Below are positions 18,784 through 28,687 of a stretch of 64,000 bases of DNA, one piece after another. The first letter of the stretch is position 1; every line of letters starts with the position of its first letter. The stretch is from Candidatus Latescibacterota bacterium (GTDB lineage: Bacteria > Latescibacterota > UBA2968 > GCA-2709665). The notes under the pieces are model-generated. The model was not told the origin of the DNA, did not search any database, and was given only the letters and a program-made list of their open reading frames with translations. Position numbers and translations under genes: made by a program. Where the stretch lies: contig OZ244744.1 in the NCBI GenBank assembly GCA_965219455.1, positions 4,864,001 through 4,928,000 on the forward strand. The letters run 5' to 3'.

Positions 18784-19161
18784 TCAGTCCATACCCGCGA
18801 TGAAATCCATGGTCACGAGATGGTCGCCGATGTCAGTAAACACCGGTGAACGCGCCGGTGGGTTTTCCGGGAAGAATGCGGCATAGGCGTCGTTGAAGTC
18901 CGCGAATAGCGATCGGTTGTTGAGGAAGACGGTGACCTTGAGGACGTTTTCCAGCGAGGTTCCCGCGTCTTCAAGAATGCCGGATACATTGGTGAGGATG
19001 CGGCGGGTCTGCGCCCTGACGTCGCCGGATTCCGGGTTCCCCGTTTCCGGATCCACCGGCGGCTGGGCGGAGATGAACATAAGGTCGCCGTATACAATGG
19101 CCTGTGAGTAGGGAAATTTGGGGATGTTTCCTCTCGGGCTGGTGAATGGTCTTTTTTTCAT
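18784..19161 (-). CDS. RidA/YjgF/UK114 family protein
   Basis: PYSQA, NVLKVTVFL and FN..YA.FF...PPAR motifs. Confidence 0.88.
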   Translation of the reverse strand: MKKRPFTSPRGNIPKFPYSQAIVYGDLMFISAQPPVDPETGNPESGDVRAQTRRILTNVSGILEDAGTSLENVLKVTVFLNNRSLFADFNDAYAAFFPENPPARSPVFTDIGDHLVTMDFIAGMD

Positions 19162-19256
19162 GGCGTGTCCTTTCCGGTAAACATGCACTTTGTGGTCTCT
19201 GAGTGCCGTAATATACACCCCGCGTCTGCTTGCAAAACACATATCCCGTCAGGTAG

Positions 19257-19898
19257 ATGACCGATATGAAAACATCTGAATTTTCCGCGTACGAGCATAT
19301 CCTGGACAATCGGCACCACAGCGTGGCCGATTTTCTGCGAGTTCACCTGTCCGACGCCGACGTGTATCGTCTGGTTTCGGCGTATTTTACGATCTACGGT
19401 TACGAGGCTTTGGAATCCGAACTGCGGGGCGTAAAGGATGTCCGCTTTCTTTTCGGCGATCCTGCGTCCGTGGGCGAATTGGACCCGGGAGAGAAAGAGC
19501 CGAAATCCTTCGACCTGACAGAAGACGGACTCTCGCCGCATCACGTTCTGCAGCAAAAACACCTGGCGCGGAGGTGCGAGGAATGGGTGCGGAGAAGACG
19601 TGTGAGTATTCGGTCCATTGGCAAGTCCAACTTTCTTCACGGCAAAATGCATCTCTCTGAATCTTCCAATGGAGGAGCAGCGGTGGTAGGAAGTTCCAAC
19701 TTTACCAAGAGGGGACTTGGTTGCGATCAGGGGGCAAACGTCGAAATCAACCTCTCAACCGCTGATCCGGCAATTCGTAATGAATTGCGTACCTGGTTCG
19801 ACGATCTCTGGACAGACAAGGAACTCACCCGAAATGTAAAAAGGGAGGTCCTCGCCGCTCCCTCTGTGCCTATATTAATGAGGCAGGGTTCCCCGTAA
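19257..19898 (+). pseudogene. N-terminal PLD-nuclease fragment of a PLD-SNF2-type helicase (truncated)
   Basis: LVSAYFTIYG, FLHGKMH, VGSSNFT.RGLG...N.E.N and WFDDLW motifs. Similarity stops near 19858 and no helicase motifs follow. Confidence 0.75.
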
Positions 19899-19910
19899 AT
19901 TAGTGAGCAA

Positions 19911-20285
19911 TTGAGAGGGCAAAGGAGCGTGAGGCCGCTTGAAGAACCCCTTTCCAACGGCAGACGAAGTCTGCTTGATATATTGGTCGATGAGAAAACG
20001 GCTCCCCCTGACACCGACCTCTTGCGCGAATCTGCGCTGAAACAGATATACGAAGCGCTTGAGCTCCTCACACCTCGTGAGTCGCATGTCATCAGACTCT
20101 ATTTTGGCCTCAATGGCAATGACGGCCTGACGCTTGAAGAAATCAGCCACATGATGAAGCTCACGCGCGAGCGGATTCGCCAAATCAAAGAGAAGGCACT
20201 CAAAAAGCTACGCCGTCGGGCGCGTTACGAGGAGCAAGAGTTAGTAACCAAATGGCCTATTACGTCAAGGTATCGAACGCCGTGA
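19911..20285 (+). pseudogene. RpoD/SigA-like sigma factor C-terminal fragment (regions 3.2-4 only)
   Basis: LTPRESHVIRLYFGL...TLEEI....LTRERIRQIKEKALKKLR; region 2 is absent and there is an in-frame stop at 19896. Confidence 0.75.
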
Positions 20286-20329
20286 CAGCCCACGTGGGCG
20301 GTGTGAAAAAGAAACGCATATTCGGGAAC

Positions 20330-20376
20330 TACGGATTCACGGCGGGCGAAATACGAGGCTGCCCGTGAAATCCGTA
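20330..20376. repeat. inverted repeat tacggattcacgg...ccgtgaaatccgta
   Basis: Imperfect hairpin with GGAT/ATCC core, possibly related to the periodic ATCC family. Confidence 0.5.
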
Positions 20377-20469
20377 CAACCGGACCGAACTGATTTTGAG
20401 TTGGTAACGTCGCTTGTTATCTTTGAACGTGTAAGCTTAAAACATGCTTAATTGGACGGAACAGTCAAA

Positions 20470-21690
20470 ATGGCAAGTCTGACACAAGCGGATCTAACAC
20501 GTATCGTCGAAGCCCGCGAGTCTGATCGCGTCGAGTTCAAGGAAACACTGTCTGGTGATGCGACTACCAGGATCAGGGAAGCTATCTGCGCTTTTGCAAA
20601 TGACTTGCCGGATTACGATACTCCGGGCCTTGTTCTTGTGGGCGTGAAAGACGATGGGACGATTTGCGATTTCAGTGTAGCGGATCGGGTGCTCCAGACG
20701 TTGGCTGATATGAAAACCGACGGGAATATCGTCCCTCCGCCCTCGATGACGGTGGAAAAGCGTACGCTGCAGGGAAGAGAATTGGCGTTGATTACCGTGC
20801 AGCCATCCAATTCGCCGCCGGTTCGATACAAAGGAGCCATCCACATCCGAACGGGTGCCCGCCGTGGGACAGCCACGGCACAAGATGAAAGGATCCTCAA
20901 CGAAAGACGTCAGTACGGAGATCGCCCATTCGACATTCATCCGGTTTCTTTCGCTGCCCTGAGCGATCTCAACCTTTCCCAGTTCGAGCATGAATACTTG
21001 CCACAGGCCTTTGATCGCGATGTTCTGGTAGCCAACGAACGCACGCTCGAAGAACGGTTGGCCGCGACAAAGATGATTGCCTCCGCTGCTGATCCCGTTC
21101 CTACTGTGCTAGGCCTACTCGTACTCGGCAAACGGACGCTGGATCACCTGCCGGGAGCGTACATTCAGTTCTTGAGATTTGCCGGCAATGAAGTAACGGA
21201 CGACATAACCGATGAAGAGGCAATCAGCGGAACCGTTATGGACGTGCTGCGGCGCCTCGACGAGAAGCTGAACGGACACAACCGGACATCGGTTGACGTT
21301 ACATCGGGATCAAGAGAGAGGCGAGTCAGTACGTATCCTATCGCAGCGATCCAGCAGATCGCTCGCAATGCAGTCATGCACCGATCGTACGAGGGGAACT
21401 ACACTCCAACGCGAGTTTACTGGTACGACGACCGCATAGAAATACTAAGTCCCGGGGGAGTCTTCGGCTCAGTAACAATAGAAAACTTCGGTCGATCTGG
21501 CATAACGTCGTACCGGAATCCCAATCTCGCGGAGGCGATGAGAAACTTGGGATTCGTGCAACGATACGGCATAGGCATTCCATTGGCCAATCGGCTGCTT
21601 CGACAGGCCGGGCATCCGGAAATGGAATTCAACGTTGATATGAACAACGTTCAAGTCATAATACCTTCTCGCAAGGACGACCTGACATGA
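20470..21690 (+). CDS. Schlafen/AlbA_2 domain + HATPase_c_4 (GHKL-like) protein
   Basis: ESDRVEFKE, ICAFAN and LVGVKDDG (AlbA_2); NAVMHRSY, DRIEILSPG and YRNP.LA...LGFVQRYG.G (HATPase_c_4). Confidence 0.88.
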   Translation: MASLTQADLTRIVEARESDRVEFKETLSGDATTRIREAICAFANDLPDYDTPGLVLVGVKDDGTICDFSVADRVLQTLADMKTDGNIVPPPSMTVEKRTLQGRELALITVQPSNSPPVRYKGAIHIRTGARRGTATAQDERILNERRQYGDRPFDIHPVSFAALSDLNLSQFEHEYLPQAFDRDVLVANERTLEERLAATKMIASAADPVPTVLGLLVLGKRTLDHLPGAYIQFLRFAGNEVTDDITDEEAISGTVMDVLRRLDEKLNGHNRTSVDVTSGSRERRVSTYPIAAIQQIARNAVMHRSYEGNYTPTRVYWYDDRIEILSPGGVFGSVTIENFGRSGITSYRNPNLAEAMRNLGFVQRYGIGIPLANRLLRQAGHPEMEFNVDMNNVQVIIPSRKDDLT

Positions 21691-22703
21691 CCGTTCCCGT
21701 TTTGACCTTTTTCAACAATAAGAGCGGTGTTGGCAAGACATCCCTGGTCTATCATCTGGCGTGGATGTTGTCCGACGTCGGTTATCGGGTGTTGGCCTGC
21801 GACCTCGACCCCCAGGCGAATCTAACCGCCGCATTTCTAAATGAAGAACAGTTGGAAGACCTGTGGCACGAAAACAACGACGCCTCCAACCGGACCATCC
21901 TGCAGTGCGTCTGGCCGCTGACAAAAGTCGGAGACATCAATGACCCGGGGCTTGCGGAAATTACACCTGCGTTAAGCCTGATACCGGGAGACTTGGCACT
22001 GGCGGGATTCGAAGACACGCTGTCGACGGAATGGCCTAACGCATTGGGTTCCGGCGAACTCTACCGTTCATTTCGTATTCTGACTTCTTTCTCAACCGTG
22101 ATGCAGCGTGGTGCAATGCAGATGAACGCCTCGGTCATTCTTGCAGACGTTGGCCCCAATCTTGGCGCGATTAATCGCTCGGCGTTGATTGCAACCGATC
22201 ACATCATCGTTCCCCTGGGCACCGACCTGTTTTCCCTCCAGGGCCTGCGCAACCTCGGTCCTACGTTGAATCGGTGGCGGGAAGACTGGAAGCGGCGACG
22301 GGACAACTGGAAGCAGCCGGAATTTCAACTGCCGGACGGGGAGATGCGCCCCGTCGGGTACGTGGTGCAGCAGCACGGCGTACGCCTGAGCCGCCCCGTC
22401 AAAGCATATGACAAGTGGGTCAATAGAATGCCGGCAGAGTACGCCCGGAACCTGTGTGACGATAACGAAGGACCGTACCCGCCCACACCTGCACAAGATA
22501 CGGAACACGCCCTTGCCACCGTCAAACACTACCGGAGTCTGGTGCCAATGGCTCAGGAAGTTCGCAAACCCATTTTTCATCTAACGACGGCTGACGGAGC
22601 GATTGGCGGCCACGCCGCCGCTGCAAATGACGCGCGCCGGGACTTCAGGGAACTGGCGATGAAGATCGTACAGCGAATCAATCTCGGGGATCGGTTCCAA
22701 TAG
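21687..22703 (+). CDS. ParA/AAA_31 family ATPase
   Basis: FFNNKSGVGKT, DLDPQANLT and DVGPNLGAINRSAL motifs; ATGA overlap with the upstream gene. Confidence 0.9.
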   Translation: MTVPVLTFFNNKSGVGKTSLVYHLAWMLSDVGYRVLACDLDPQANLTAAFLNEEQLEDLWHENNDASNRTILQCVWPLTKVGDINDPGLAEITPALSLIPGDLALAGFEDTLSTEWPNALGSGELYRSFRILTSFSTVMQRGAMQMNASVILADVGPNLGAINRSALIATDHIIVPLGTDLFSLQGLRNLGPTLNRWREDWKRRRDNWKQPEFQLPDGEMRPVGYVVQQHGVRLSRPVKAYDKWVNRMPAEYARNLCDDNEGPYPPTPAQDTEHALATVKHYRSLVPMAQEVRKPIFHLTTADGAIGGHAAAANDARRDFRELAMKIVQRINLGDRFQ

Positions 22704-22808
22704 GTAGTCAAATTGTGTCCATAGGGGCATCTTGTAGCGTCCAACCGGAATCTCCGTTCGGGGCGACCCTACAGAGGGGACGGATGCCATTGGCAAGGAG
22801 AAAAATAT

Positions 22809-24497
22809 ATGAATATCAATGCGAGTATTATCGATCAGAGGATAGCGGGTATCGTTGAAGATCACCTCGAATGGCTGCCGGAAGGGAACGACATCAACAA
22901 AATGAAGTCGGCGGCATTTGTACTCCTGTGCATGTCAACGTGCCTTGAAATAACGCTTGCAGACAGTGCCGAATTGCTTACCGAGGGCGGGAACGATGCC
23001 GGCGTTGATGGGCTTCACGTTGGCGAGGTTGAAGACGGTGATTTTCTCGTCACGATTTTCCAAGGCAAGTACAAAGTCAAGGATCTAGGCGGCAAAGCAA
23101 ACTTCCCGGAAAACGATGTGCAAAAAGCTATAGGTACCGTTAGGGTGCTGTTTGATCCCAATAGGAGCGTCGCGCTAAACAAAAAAATAGCCCCTAAAAT
23201 TGAGGAGATTCGCTCGTTGATCCGCGATGCGTATATCCCCAATGTTCGGGTAATCCTTTGCAATAATGGAGAGCGGTGGACATCGCAAGCAGATCATTGG
23301 GTAACTGGCGCAGAAGAGGATTACGGCGACAAAGTAAAGTTCCTCCACTTCAATCACGATTCCATAGTCAGCATCTTGCAGCGCAGCAAACAGGTGGATA
23401 CCACCCTGACTCTGAGTGGGCAAGCTATTGTAGAAGATATGAACTATATGCGCGTTTTGGTTGGGCGCGTTTCCGTTCAGGAGATCCAACGACTGTTTAA
23501 CGAGCACGGAGACAGCCTGCTCGAGCGCAATATCCGCCGCTACCTTGGGCTGCACACCAATCGCGTCAACACTGCAATTCACGAGACGCTTTGCGCTTCA
23601 GACAAATCTGACAAATTCTATTTCTACAACAATGGCATTACCGCAGTCTGCGACCGATTTGATTACAACGCCTTTCAGCAATCAGACTATCAGGTGCAAC
23701 TCAAGAATATGCAGGTGATCAACGGGGGTCAGACCTGCAAGACGATTCAAGAAACGCTAAATGGCAGTTTGCCCAACCTATTCGGCGAATCAGCTTATCT
23801 GTTAATCCGCGTTTACCAGTTGGGCGATACAAATAAAGAGTTTGTCCAAGATATCACCTACGCCACTAACAGTCAGAATCCAGTGGACCTCAGGGATTTG
23901 CGATCCAACGATGAGATGCAGAAGCAATTGGAGTTGGGCCTGTCTGGTCTGGGCTATACGTATAAACGCCAGCGAGAGGAGGGCGGGGGTGAGTCAGCGG
24001 TCATTACCAGTTCGACTGTGGCAGAAGCCGTGCTGGCAATCTGGCAAGAAAGGCCGCACCAAGCCAGATTCCGTCGCAAAGAGCATTTTGGCAAACTGTA
24101 CGAGGATATTTTTAAGCCGCTCAACGCAGCGCAGGCACTGCTTGCGGTCTTGATTTTCAGAGCTGTGGAGAACGAAAGAAAACGCCCGACAACGGCAACG
24201 CCACCGGACTTTCTGCCCTATTCGTCCCACTACATCGCCATGTTGATCGGCCGCAAGCTGCTAAAAGATGAGGGGCTTACCCTCGACCGAGTTTCCCATC
24301 GAAACGTTCAGAGACTCCGACAGGTGCTTGAAGGCGAGCGAGATCAATACTATGCGGATGCCGTCCAAGCACTGAAAAATGCGTTAAAGGCTTGCTATGG
24401 CGACCGGGTTGTTTCACTCCAGCAGTTGTCGGCGACCTTCAGGCGCGGCGACCTATTGGAGATGCTCGACGACAGCGAGAAAATGGAGCAGGCATGA
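22809..24497 (+). CDS. AIPR family (abortive infection phage resistance) protein
   Basis: GNDAGVDG..FQGKY nuclease-like N-terminus; LLERNIRRYLG, FYFYNNGIT, QVINGGQT and ATNSQN AIPR motifs; AAGGAG RBS. Confidence 0.92.
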   Translation: MNINASIIDQRIAGIVEDHLEWLPEGNDINKMKSAAFVLLCMSTCLEITLADSAELLTEGGNDAGVDGLHVGEVEDGDFLVTIFQGKYKVKDLGGKANFPENDVQKAIGTVRVLFDPNRSVALNKKIAPKIEEIRSLIRDAYIPNVRVILCNNGERWTSQADHWVTGAEEDYGDKVKFLHFNHDSIVSILQRSKQVDTTLTLSGQAIVEDMNYMRVLVGRVSVQEIQRLFNEHGDSLLERNIRRYLGLHTNRVNTAIHETLCASDKSDKFYFYNNGITAVCDRFDYNAFQQSDYQVQLKNMQVINGGQTCKTIQETLNGSLPNLFGESAYLLIRVYQLGDTNKEFVQDITYATNSQNPVDLRDLRSNDEMQKQLELGLSGLGYTYKRQREEGGGESAVITSSTVAEAVLAIWQERPHQARFRRKEHFGKLYEDIFKPLNAAQALLAVLIFRAVENERKRPTTATPPDFLPYSSHYIAMLIGRKLLKDEGLTLDRVSHRNVQRLRQVLEGERDQYYADAVQALKNALKACYGDRVVSLQQLSATFRRGDLLEMLDDSEKMEQA

Positions 24498-26583
24498 GAG
24501 AGGAAATCCAAGCCGCCTTGGTTGGGATTCCAAGCAATGACTTTAAGGCGGCAGTGCAGGACCTGCTGGCGGTCCTTGGCTACCGCGGCGAGCGGACGTT
24601 ACCCGGTCAGACGGGCGCCGTGGCCGATTTTATCGCGCAGTTTCCCGCTGCGAAAGAACGTACGAGGACGGAGCAGGCATTCTGCGAGTTGGTTCGGTCC
24701 ATGCGGCTCGTTTTTCAGGTGACAAGCGACGAGATTGCCGCCAGCACTCAACCCATGATAGCATTTGATCCCGCTTCCTTTGACAAAGCACATCAGCAAA
24801 GCTTTATTTTCTTCGCAGTCGAACTCAAGGAAGCGACCTGCACTCGAGGACAGTACGCACGATTCACCCGCGAGATCAACAAGCGCTTGAATCAACCCTC
24901 CGTTGTTCTCTTCCGCACCACATCCAATCTGCTGACTCTTGCCTTTGTTCACCGACGTGAGCACAAGCTGGATCGGAAACGTGATGTACTGGGCAAAGTG
25001 TCGCTGATACGCGAGGTTGACCCGGAGAATCCCCACCGCGCCCATTTGGACATATTGGCTGAACTGTCGCTGGCCGAGTGCGCTAGATGGATGGATCTCC
25101 ACAGCAAGCCGCATAATTTTGACGGCCTGCTGGCCGCCTGGTTAGACAAACTGGACACCGAGGAACTCAACCGACGGTTCTACGGCGAACTCTTCGACTG
25201 GTTCGAGTGGGCGGTGGAGGATGCGAAATTCCCGTCGACCGTGCCTGCGGAGCAACAGGTAATCCGTTTGATAACTCGAATCCTTTTTGTCTGGTTCATC
25301 AAGGAAAAGGGATTGGTCAGGGAGGAATGGTTCGTACAAGCCGAAATGGAACAGTTGCTGAGCAGTTTCGGTGGCTCCGACTACTACCGCGCAGTCTTGC
25401 AGATGCCCGTACCGGGGATATTTACCTGCTTTTCTACGAAAAAGGTTGTCAACTGCTGAAACCTACCCAGGGTTTGTTGGCCTATATCACCTCCAACAGT
25501 TGGTTGAAGGCCAAATACGGCAAGGCCCTTCGCCGGTACTTCTCGGAGCGACACACGCCCCTTCGCCTGCTGGAGATGGGTAAGGATGTATTCAAGAATG
25601 CAATTGTCGATACAAACATCCTGATATTACGCACCGGAAAATGCAATGAAACCGGCAAGGCGGTGGATATGGACCGTCTGGCGGATGAAGACTTCCCACC
25701 ACCCGAGGATCTTTGGGGGACGTTTCGACCGCGGGTTGAAAAGCCTTGGAGCTCGCTTTCGGCCAGTGAACAGCCCATTTTGGACAAGATGGAAGCAACC
25801 GGGATACAGTTAATAGAATGGGATGTCGAAATAAATCGCGGGACCGTAACGGGTTACAATAAAGCCTTCATCATTGACGATGCGACCCGACAGGCGTTGA
25901 TTGGCGCACATCCAAATTCAGCAGAAATCATCAGGCCGGTGCTGCGCGGGCGTGACATCCAGCGGTATCAGGCACGGTGGGCGAACTTATGGTTAGTATA
26001 CATCCGAAAAGGTACAGAAATTAAACGCTATCCGGCGATTTATGGCCACCTGCAAAGATATATGGTCGGGCTCTCAGAGAAAGCGGGAGCGAACAAATGG
26101 TATGAATTACAGGCGAGGTGTCTCATTCCTATTGACATGTTCCGGAGTCCGAGCGAAATGCTTGACGCGCGTTTTAGACAGGAGAAATTAGTCTGGATGG
26201 ACCTGACGGATCAAGGATGATTCGCATTTGACGGAGACGGAATGTTCTGCACCAACACAGTGTATATGTTGACCGGCCACTCGGTCAAATACCTATGTGC
26301 AGTACTCAACTCGAATCTGATAACTTGGTTTATGCGGAATACCGCGCTTACTTCAGGAATGGGCGTAACCAGATGGTTTAGTATTTTTGTCGAAACCATC
26401 CCTATACCTAAAATCACCCCTGTAATGCAGCGTCCGTTCGTCCTCATGGTGGAATGCATCCTTGCCGCCAAAGCGGCTGATCCAGCGGGGGACACCAGCG
26501 AGCAGGAAGCGGAGCTTGATCGGCTGGTCTATACGCTGTACGGACTGACGGCGGAGGAGGTTGCGGCAGTGGAAACTGTCTGA
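24494..26583 (+). pseudogene. type IIG (Eco57I/TaqI-C-like) restriction-modification enzyme, internally deleted and nonsense-mutated
   Basis: N-part LDTEELNRRFY, IRLITRILFVWFIKEKGL, YYRAVLQ joins out of frame near 25403 to ARTGDIYLLFYEKG...YITSNSWL. No SAM-binding or NPPY motif remains. TGA at 26218. C-terminal tail DRLVYTLYGLT. Confidence 0.85.
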
Positions 26584-26687
26584 ACCGCAGATGAGGCGGA
26601 TTATAAGGACTATACAGATTAAATCCTCATCATCCGAAGATCCGTTACACGCGCAGCGCAACGCCAGTAATCCTGGTCCTGATAATT
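26582..26687 (+). repeat. degenerate GAT/ATCC periodic repeat
   Basis: gaaccgcagatgaggcggatt...aatcctcatcatccgaagatcc...aatcctggtcctgataa; the 3' end matches the copies at 28.7 and 39.7 kb. Confidence 0.55.
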
Positions 26688-27102
26688 GCGTGGAGGGAGT
26701 ACCCGATCGGAAACGGTATGTAATTAGACGGCAAATCGTCCAAGATATTGGCCGATTTTGGGAGGATCGCCTCTCGGGAGAAAGCCAGAAGCCCTTCAGG
26801 CGATGGCTCGAAGCAAAGTAGCCGGCGGTCCTGGACGAGCCTGCGTAGGTACATGGATGTGGCTAATGGATGCGTAACAATTTTGCTCTGGATCTGGCAT
26901 ATACAGGCGATTTGCATACGCACAGCAATGATAATAAAAAAATGAAAGACCGTTCTATCGCAATTAACCGATATTCTCCTACGTTGCGCCGACTGGAATT
27001 TACCTATTGCCAGCACTGCGGGTCGACGATTCAGTAAGAATAAAAAAGCCCGGCTTGATTGAGGGGTTAATAGATCAACCGAGCTTGAAAGGACTTCTCA
27101 CC

Positions 27103-28125
27103 ATGTCCAAGTCAGAATTACCTGCTGAAGATTCGGGAATTGACACTGCTGAATCGGGGCTTAACACAGCCATTGCGGCAATCACGGGAGTACCTATTCC
27201 TGGACCAGTTAGGCAGAACGCCTGGAAAGCATTTGGGCGTCTCTGTTCAGCAGCTATAGAGGTGCCATCAGCTTATTTTGATGGTGTCGCTGCTGAAAAA
27301 AGAGCCATAGCGGAAGCACGGGTAAAACTTATTGAATCGAATGCAACACAGATAGCCCGCCAGATAAAAGTAGATGAAGAATATGCGCGGGTTGCAGTTC
27401 GAAGGTATGGACAGAAGATCATCCGTGAACAGGTGAATCTCGATCTAATCAGTGAGGAAGCTGCACGCCAGCTAAACGACACTAACGACGCTCAGACAAG
27501 CGGAGAGGTTGGACAAATAGACGACGATTGGCTTAATCATTTTGAAAAGGAAGCGAGTCAGCGAAGCACCGAAGAAATGCAGCAGCTATTTGGAAGAATT
27601 CTCGCAGGAGAGATTCGTCACCCCTCGTCCTTTTCCATTAGAGCTGTGAAGATTATGGGTGAAATAGATACAGTAGCCGCCAACCTGTTCAAGAAACTTT
27701 GTTCGATCTGCATTGTGTCGAGGATCCCGGGGAGGAACCAGGTACTCGAGGCTCGCGTGCTATCTCTTTCTGGGAATGCGGGAAACAATGCACTTCAGAA
27801 ATACGGATTAGACTTCGATCAACTCAATATCTTGCATGAGTATGGGTTGATCATTTCGGACTACAATTCATGGAGGGACTACGGGTCATCCGTTGCAAGT
27901 AAGGATAATGTAGTCTTACTTGGATTTTCATATCAGAATACTTATTGGGGCTTGTTATCAGAGGGAGATCGAAAGGAAGGGCAAGAACTAAAACTACATG
28001 GTGTCGGTTTATCCAAAGCGGGACGAGAGTTACTCAACATAGTAGAGACAGAACCGATTGAGAATTACACCAATGATCTCGCAAATTTCTTTGCCAAAAA
28101 AAAGCTGAAGATGATACCAATATAA
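27103..28125 (+). CDS. DUF2806 domain-containing protein
   Basis: REQVNL, IDDDWLNHF...STEEMQQLFGRILAGEI..P.SFS motifs; visibly low GC. Confidence 0.8.
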   Translation: MSKSELPAEDSGIDTAESGLNTAIAAITGVPIPGPVRQNAWKAFGRLCSAAIEVPSAYFDGVAAEKRAIAEARVKLIESNATQIARQIKVDEEYARVAVRRYGQKIIREQVNLDLISEEAARQLNDTNDAQTSGEVGQIDDDWLNHFEKEASQRSTEEMQQLFGRILAGEIRHPSSFSIRAVKIMGEIDTVAANLFKKLCSICIVSRIPGRNQVLEARVLSLSGNAGNNALQKYGLDFDQLNILHEYGLIISDYNSWRDYGSSVASKDNVVLLGFSYQNTYWGLLSEGDRKEGQELKLHGVGLSKAGRELLNIVETEPIENYTNDLANFFAKKKLKMIPI

Positions 28126-28135
28126 AGAAAAAGTC

Positions 28136-28249
28136 ATGAAAAGCGGTGAGCAAGAAGCGGAGATAGATCAACGTGTCTATGCGCGGTACGGCCTGATGGA
28201 GGAAGAGATTGTCATCTTGGAGAAATCTATCTGTCTGAAGGGAGATTAA
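28136..28249 (+). pseudogene. orphan second copy of the type IIG R-M C-terminal tail (37-aa mini-ORF)
   Basis: MKSGEQEAEIDQRVYARYGLMEEEIVILEK compared with EQEAELDRLVYTLYGLTAEEVAAVE at 26500-26583. Confidence 0.75.
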
Positions 28250-28498
28250 CCTTCGGCCGAACTCAGGTCAAAGCCTCATTGATTACGTAGCCAAATTTCA
28301 AAATATATTGAAGGGATGTTTAAAAAATGCGGAGCCTCCCATTCTTGAAGTAAATGGAATCTGTCCACTCCGATAGTGTTCCGCGGGATAAGGTATTCGC
28401 AATGCTTCCAGCACCTGTTCATCCGCTTGGGTCACTGCGTCGTCCAAGAACGTAAGCGGGAAATCAATGGGCGACCCGAACAGGCCCCGCATTTTTAC

Positions 28499-28687
28499 AA
28501 TCTTGTCGCCAATCAAGTTGTGGTTGAGCTAAAAGCGGTCATTGAGCTGGCGGATGTTCACATTGCACAGGCGAGAAACTATGTGGTGGCGTACGATTTT
28601 GATTACGGTCTATTGATCAACTTCGCGGCAGAATTCCTGGAAAACAAACGGCTGTACAACAAGAAGCCAAATCCTGTCAATCCATAA
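28499..28687 (+). pseudogene. GxxExxY (PD-(D/E)XK-like) protein, C-terminal half only
   Basis: LVANQVVVELKAV..L.DVH.AQ..NY......GLLINF....LE.KR; the N-terminal GxxExxY motif is missing. Confidence 0.8.

Noticed and set aside
21687-22703. Plasmid or chromosome partition locus
   Set aside because: No parB, parS-like repeats or rep gene.
26218-26220. TGA as selenocysteine or programmed readthrough
   Set aside because: The context fits an Arg codon mutation, no SECIS-like hairpin was recognised, and the gene is already broken upstream.
26688-27102. Short ORFs between the R-M tail and DUF2806
   Set aside because: No motifs or RBS support; likely decayed sequence.
28298-28516. 72-aa - strand ORF overlapping the GxxExxY remnant
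   Set aside because: Could be a gene fragment, but no family is recognisable, so it is not called.
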